A model generated the notes under the pieces. That model was not told the DNA's origin. It did not search any database and saw nothing but the letters and a program-made list of their open reading frames with translations. Position numbers and translations under genes: made by a program. A stretch of DNA of 53,064 nt. Source: Actinomycetota bacterium. Lineage in GTDB: Bacteria > Actinomycetota > UBA4738. Of this stretch, positions 49,221-53,064 are shown one piece after another. The stretch's first letter is position 1; each line of letters opens with the position of its first letter. The DNA lies in the NCBI GenBank assembly GCA_044870295.1, contig JBIOYQ010000021.1:1-53064 (forward strand), given 5' to 3'.

Positions 49221-49910
49221 TCACCGCTCGCCCTCATCGCCCTGGCGCTCGTCGAACAGCCCGGCGAACTCCCGGTTCAGAGCAGCCCGGTCGACCTCCC
49301 ATCCAGCACGCGTCTCGCGCGGCCGGACGTCCGGACCCTCCTCGGCAGCGGGCGTGCTGACCTCCCCGGCCTGCTCGTTCTCGCCCTGGCCGGCCCGAAG
49401 GGCCTGCTCCCGCAGACGCTCGACCCAACTCGAGACGGCGAGCTGCTCCAGGGATGGCCGCGGCGACGCCTCGGCCTGACCGGGCTGCGCGCTGTCCTCG
49501 CGAGGCGCGGGGTGCAACGCCGTGCGCGGCCCACGGGCCGGCTCCGGGGTGGCCTCCTTGTCGTGCGACGGGCGAATGGCTTCCTTCCGGACCCGCGCCT
49601 CCTCCGTCGCCAGCAGCAGCTGGTCGAGCGCGTCGAGGACGATCCCGGCCCTGGCCGAGGGGTGGCCGGTGGCCAGCGCGCTGTACGGACCCCGGCGAGA
49701 GAACGCCCACACCTCGTCGCGCATGCCGACGAAGCCCCGTTCCACGTCTCCGAGCGCCGCCATCCGCGACCATACCGTCAGCGCCTTCTCCTCTTCTGAG
49801 GGCGGGTAGGCGCCCAAAGCCAGTCCATCCCGCGACACGACCAGGCAGGCGCGAACGTCGGCGACGCCCGACACCACCGCCATTGCGAGGGCAGCGAAAT
49901 CGACTGACAT
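49221..49910 (-). CDS. Roadblock/LC7-like (MglB-like) domain protein with a long acidic, apparently disordered tail (tentative)
   Basis: The N-terminal ~100 aa (VVSGVADVRACLVVSRDGLALGAYPPSEEEKALTVWSRMAALG...SALATGHPSARAGIVLDALDQLL) follow the Roadblock pattern v.Gv.ga.lvsrDGl.la. The remainder is Glu/Pro/Arg-rich. The start is ATG 49910 or TTG 49925. The stop lies 18 nt before pilB. Confidence 0.55.
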   Translation of the reverse strand: MSVDFAALAMAVVSGVADVRACLVVSRDGLALGAYPPSEEEKALTVWSRMAALGDVERGFVGMRDEVWAFSRRGPYSALATGHPSARAGIVLDALDQLLLATEEARVRKEAIRPSHDKEATPEPARGPRTALHPAPREDSAQPGQAEASPRPSLEQLAVSSWVERLREQALRAGQGENEQAGEVSTPAAEEGPDVRPRETRAGWEVDRAALNREFAGLFDERQGDEGER

Positions 49911-49998
49911 GGGTTCCCTGCCCAAGTTCTCGGCTTGGTGCCCTAGGCGCTTGAGAGCACGCCCCCCGGGCGACCCACTGCCGTCGGGCGGAGAGCCG

Positions 49999-51057
49999 CT
50001 AGCAGGTGGGGTTGGCCTTCAGGCGAAGGAAATCGGAATAGGAATTGGTGAAGGCGTGGTGACCTTCATCGTCGCAGACCAGGTAGTACAGCCAATTGCC
50101 ATCGGTCGGAGCCAGCGCCGCTTCGATGGAGGCCAGCCCCGGCGCGGCGATGGGCGTGGGAGGGAGCCCGGTGTGGAGATACGTGTTGTACGGGCTCTCC
50201 ACCTTCAGGTCGTCGTAGGTCAGCCGCGACTTGTACGTCCCCAGGGCGTACTCGACCGTGGCATCGAGCTCCAAGGGCATGCCCCTCTTCAGACGGTTGT
50301 AGATGACCCGGGCGATTCGCCCCCGGTCCTCGTCGAACTTCGCCTCTCGCTCGATCATCGAGGCGATGGTGACCACGTCGTACCGGCTATCGAGCCCGAG
50401 CTTCTTGTAGTCACCCCACCGGAGCTTGTCGACTTCCTTCGCGAACTGGTCCAGCAGCGTCGTGATGACGTCACCCGCCGTGACGCTCGCCAGGAACTCG
50501 TACGACTTGGGGAACAGGAAGCCCTCCAGGCTATCGGTGCCCTTCGGGAGGTAGGGCGGAAGCGAGTACTTCCCGCTCTGGGCCGCCGCCAGGAACTCCT
50601 TCCTCGGGATGCCCAGCTGGTCCTGGACCCGATCGGCGATCTGGGCCAGGGTCAGCCCCTCGGGGAACACGGCCGAGAGGGTCTTCTGCGGTAACGGTCC
50701 CGCCTTCAGCGCCGAGAGGGCCTCGGAGACCGACATGTTCGTGGTGAGAGTGGTGTACGTGCCCGCCTCGAACCCCTTGGAGAACCCGCGGAAGCGTGAC
50801 ATCACCTTGAACGCGAGCGTCGAGCGGATCACGTTCGCTTCCTTCAGGATGTCGGCCACCTGCGTCCCGGTGGAGCCCGCCGGGATGACCACGACGATCT
50901 TCTCCTTGGGTCCGGAGGCGGCGGTGGCCCAGGTCCACCATCCGCCCGCGGCCACGACGGCCCCGACCAGGAGCAGGATGACGATCAGCAGAATGACGCC
51001 GCCACGCCGGCGGTCCCGGGGCGCGCGCTCGGAGCTCTTCATCATGGTCTCGAGCAC
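49999..51057 (-). CDS. mltG: endolytic murein transglycosylase MltG (YceG family)
   Basis: 352 aa. N-terminal TM, FPEGLTLAQIA, ASMIEREA, SPYNTYLHTGLPPTPIAAPG. Confidence 0.93.
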   Translation of the reverse strand: MLETMMKSSERAPRDRRRGGVILLIVILLLVGAVVAAGGWWTWATAASGPKEKIVVVIPAGSTGTQVADILKEANVIRSTLAFKVMSRFRGFSKGFEAGTYTTLTTNMSVSEALSALKAGPLPQKTLSAVFPEGLTLAQIADRVQDQLGIPRKEFLAAAQSGKYSLPPYLPKGTDSLEGFLFPKSYEFLASVTAGDVITTLLDQFAKEVDKLRWGDYKKLGLDSRYDVVTIASMIEREAKFDEDRGRIARVIYNRLKRGMPLELDATVEYALGTYKSRLTYDDLKVESPYNTYLHTGLPPTPIAAPGLASIEAALAPTDGNWLYYLVCDDEGHHAFTNSYSDFLRLKANPTC

Positions 51058-51129
51058 GGGCCAAAGGATACCCGGAAGATTCCCGGTGCAGTCCCATCCC
51101 CGATGTGGTAGGCGGGGACCGCCGGTGCG

Positions 51130-51564
51130 TCATCGGGAACGGTCCAGGTAGGCCTGCAGGATGACCGCGGCGGCCGACTCGTCCACCACCGCGCGCCGTG
51201 CCCGGCCCCGGAGGCCCGCTCCGGACAGCGCACGTTCGGCCTCCACCGTGCTGAGTCGTTCGTCCTGCAGGTGCACCGGGAGTCCGAGGAACCCTCGCAA
51301 GGCGTCGGCGAACCGTTCGGCGTGATGGGCCGCCGTTCCGGACTCGCCGGACATCAGGAGAGGATGGCCCACGACGATCTCCGACACGCCGTGCTCCTCC
51401 ACCATGGCGGCGATGGCCTTCACGTCCTGGGGTGCGCCCGTCCGGATGCTGCCGATGGGAACGGCCAGGCGACGGTCCGGATCCGAGACCGCCACACCGA
51501 TGCGGGCGTCTCCGAGATCCAGCCCCAGGACCGGACCGCGGACGGGCCGATCGGCGTCAGGCAC
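51130..51564 (-). CDS. ruvX: Holliday junction resolvase-like protein RuvX (YqgF)
   Basis: GTG 51564 overlaps the alaS end by 8 nt. VLGLDLGDARIGVAVSD, SEIVVGHPL, DERLSTVEA. Confidence 0.9.
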   Translation of the reverse strand: MPDADRPVRGPVLGLDLGDARIGVAVSDPDRRLAVPIGSIRTGAPQDVKAIAAMVEEHGVSEIVVGHPLLMSGESGTAAHHAERFADALRGFLGLPVHLQDERLSTVEAERALSGAGLRGRARRAVVDESAAAVILQAYLDRSR

Positions 51565-53064
51565 CGGCCAGCAGGTCCTGCAGCCGGGCCACGGTCGCGG
51601 CCAGGCCTTCGCCGATCGACTCCGAGCGAGGACCTCCACCCATCGCGAGGTCGGGCTTGCCACCAGCGTTGCCGCCGATGGCGCGCGCCGCCGGCTCCAG
51701 CACGTTCCCGGCCGTGATGCCGCGAGCCACCAACTCGGGGGTCAGGGCCGCCACCAGCGTCGTCTTTCCGGAGTCGGTGCCCGCCAGGACGACCGCGGCC
51801 GCCTCGTGCGCCAGGCGGTTCCTGAGTTGCAGCGCGAGCTCTCGCAACCCGCTCGCCTCCAGGCCGTCCAGAGATTCCACCACGGCCCGGATGCCTCCGA
51901 CGTCCTTGGCCTTCGCCAGCAGGGCCTCGACCATGTCCTTGCCTTCGGCGCGCCGGATCTTCCCCAGCTCGCTCTCGAGCTGCTTGATCCGGGAGACCGC
52001 CTGCCGCACCCGCTCAGGTGCCTGGTTCGGGTTGCCCGCACCAACGGCCTCCACGACCTCCTCCAGCAGCCGGCGTTCCACGTTCACCTGCTTCAGGGCG
52101 TCCGGGCCGGTGAGGGCTTCCACGCGCCGGAACCCGGACCCGATGCTGCCCTCGGACACCAACCGCAGGAGGCCGACCTCACCGGTGTGGTGGACGTGCG
52201 TGCCTCCGCACAGCTCGATGGAGTAGTCGCCGATCTCGACGACACGCACGATGTCGCCGTACTTCTCGCCGAACAGGGCGATGGCGCCGAGGCTCCGGGC
52301 GAACTCGGCGGTGGTCTCGAAGGCCCGGGCAGGCTGGTCCTCGGCGATGCGCCGGTTCGCCAGGTACTCGATCTCCTCCAGGACGTGCTTCGGGACCGCC
52401 TCGTAGTGCGTGAAGTCGAACCGCAGCCGTCCCGGCTCCACCAGCGAGCCTGCCTGCCGGGCGTGCTCCCCCAGGAACTGGCGAAGGGTGTGGTGCAGCA
52501 CGTGCGTGCCCGTGTGGGAACGCGCCGTCGCCTGGCGCCGGGGCGCGTCGACCGCGGCCATGGCCTCCTGCCCTTGCAGGATCTCGCCGGAGGCGATCCT
52601 GCCCTCGTGGACGATCGTGCCGCCGGGACCCGGTCCGGTGTCCGACACCTCGATCACCCCGGTCGGGGTGGTCACCAGCCCGGCGTCCCCGATCTGCCCG
52701 CCGCCTTCCGCGTAGAACGGCGTCCGGTTCAGGACGAGCCGGACGTGGTTGCCCTCCTGTGCGGACTCCGCGCGTTCACCGTCCTGCACCATCCCCACGA
52801 TGCGTCCATCCGCCTCCAGCCGCTCGTACCCGAGGAACTCGGTGGGGCCGGCCGACGCGGCAAGGTCCTTCAGGGCATCGTCCGCCGCGCCCTTCCTGGC
52901 TCCCGCCCGCCCGCGCTGGCGCTGCTCCTCCATGAGCCGGTCGAACTCTTCGACATCCACGTCGAGGCCCTGTTCGCGGGCCGCTTCTTCGGTGAGCTCG
53001 CGGGGGAACCCGTACGTGTCGTGGAGGAGGAACACCACCGACCCGGGGAGCTTCCCCCGGTCGG
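51557..53064 (-). CDS. alaS: alanine--tRNA ligase, C-terminal part (gene continues beyond the right edge)
   Basis: The frame stays open to 53064 (..GKLPGSVVFLLHDTYGFPRELT). Editing-domain motifs HTGTHVLHHTLR and CGGTHV, plus a C-terminal DHHA1-like region. Confidence 0.95.
   Translation of the reverse strand, partial: DRGKLPGSVVFLLHDTYGFPRELTEEAAREQGLDVDVEEFDRLMEEQRQRGRAGARKGAADDALKDLAASAGPTEFLGYERLEADGRIVGMVQDGERAESAQEGNHVRLVLNRTPFYAEGGGQIGDAGLVTTPTGVIEVSDTGPGPGGTIVHEGRIASGEILQGQEAMAAVDAPRRQATARSHTGTHVLHHTLRQFLGEHARQAGSLVEPGRLRFDFTHYEAVPKHVLEEIEYLANRRIAEDQPARAFETTAEFARSLGAIALFGEKYGDIVRVVEIGDYSIELCGGTHVHHTGEVGLLRLVSEGSIGSGFRRVEALTGPDALKQVNVERRLLEEVVEAVGAGNPNQAPERVRQAVSRIKQLESELGKIRRAEGKDMVEALLAKAKDVGGIRAVVESLDGLEASGLRELALQLRNRLAHEAAAVVLAGTDSGKTTLVAALTPELVARGITAGNVLEPAARAIGGNAGGKPDLAMGGGPRSESIGEGLAATVARLQDLLAGA

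Overview
High-G+C window (about two thirds G+C by eye, not computed) with about 60 genes, nearly all on the minus strand. The backbone joins conserved actinobacterial housekeeping blocks. From right to left these are: alaS-ruvX-mltG; pepQ-efp-nusB; a complete pyr operon (pyrR-pyrB-pyrC-carA-carB-pyrK-pyrD-pyrF-pyrE) with a PyrR-binding hairpin and attenuator terminator; mihF-gmk-rpoZ-coaBC-metK-priA; def-fmt-rpe; an FMN-riboswitch-controlled ribD-ribE-ribBA-ribH plus a cupin gene; cspA; and infC-rpmI-rplT-(trmH-like)-pheS-pheT. No rRNA, tRNA, CRISPR array, transposase or integrase was seen.

Accessory content:
(1) A type IV pilus locus of about 14.4 kb (35.5-49.9 kb) lies between mltG and pepQ. 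It encodes a Roadblock/LC7-like protein, pilB, pilT, pilC, two tandem pilins, three prepilin-like minor pilins (two unusually large), pilD, a small Xis/BldC-type HTH protein, pilM, pilN, pilO and a PilP-position protein, followed by a strong terminator. There is no secretin.
(2) The SpoU/TrmH methyltransferase after rplT is fused in frame to a sensor-less histidine-kinase core.
(3) A REC-GGDEF response regulator with a GGDDF signature is translationally coupled to rpe.
(4) Three plus-strand islands interrupt the minus-strand backbone: a secreted 6-blade Kelch protein, a secreted 14-repeat BNR-like double propeller, and an ADP-ribosylglycohydrolase plus tatA.
(5) The gmk P-loop is encoded directly after the in-frame TAG stop of mihF, with no canonical start codon in between.

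Many long ORFs in the track are antisense or N-terminally extended artefacts of the G+C bias. I re-derived starts by hand where homology or SD spacing allowed. All domain calls come from reading the translations, not from database searches.
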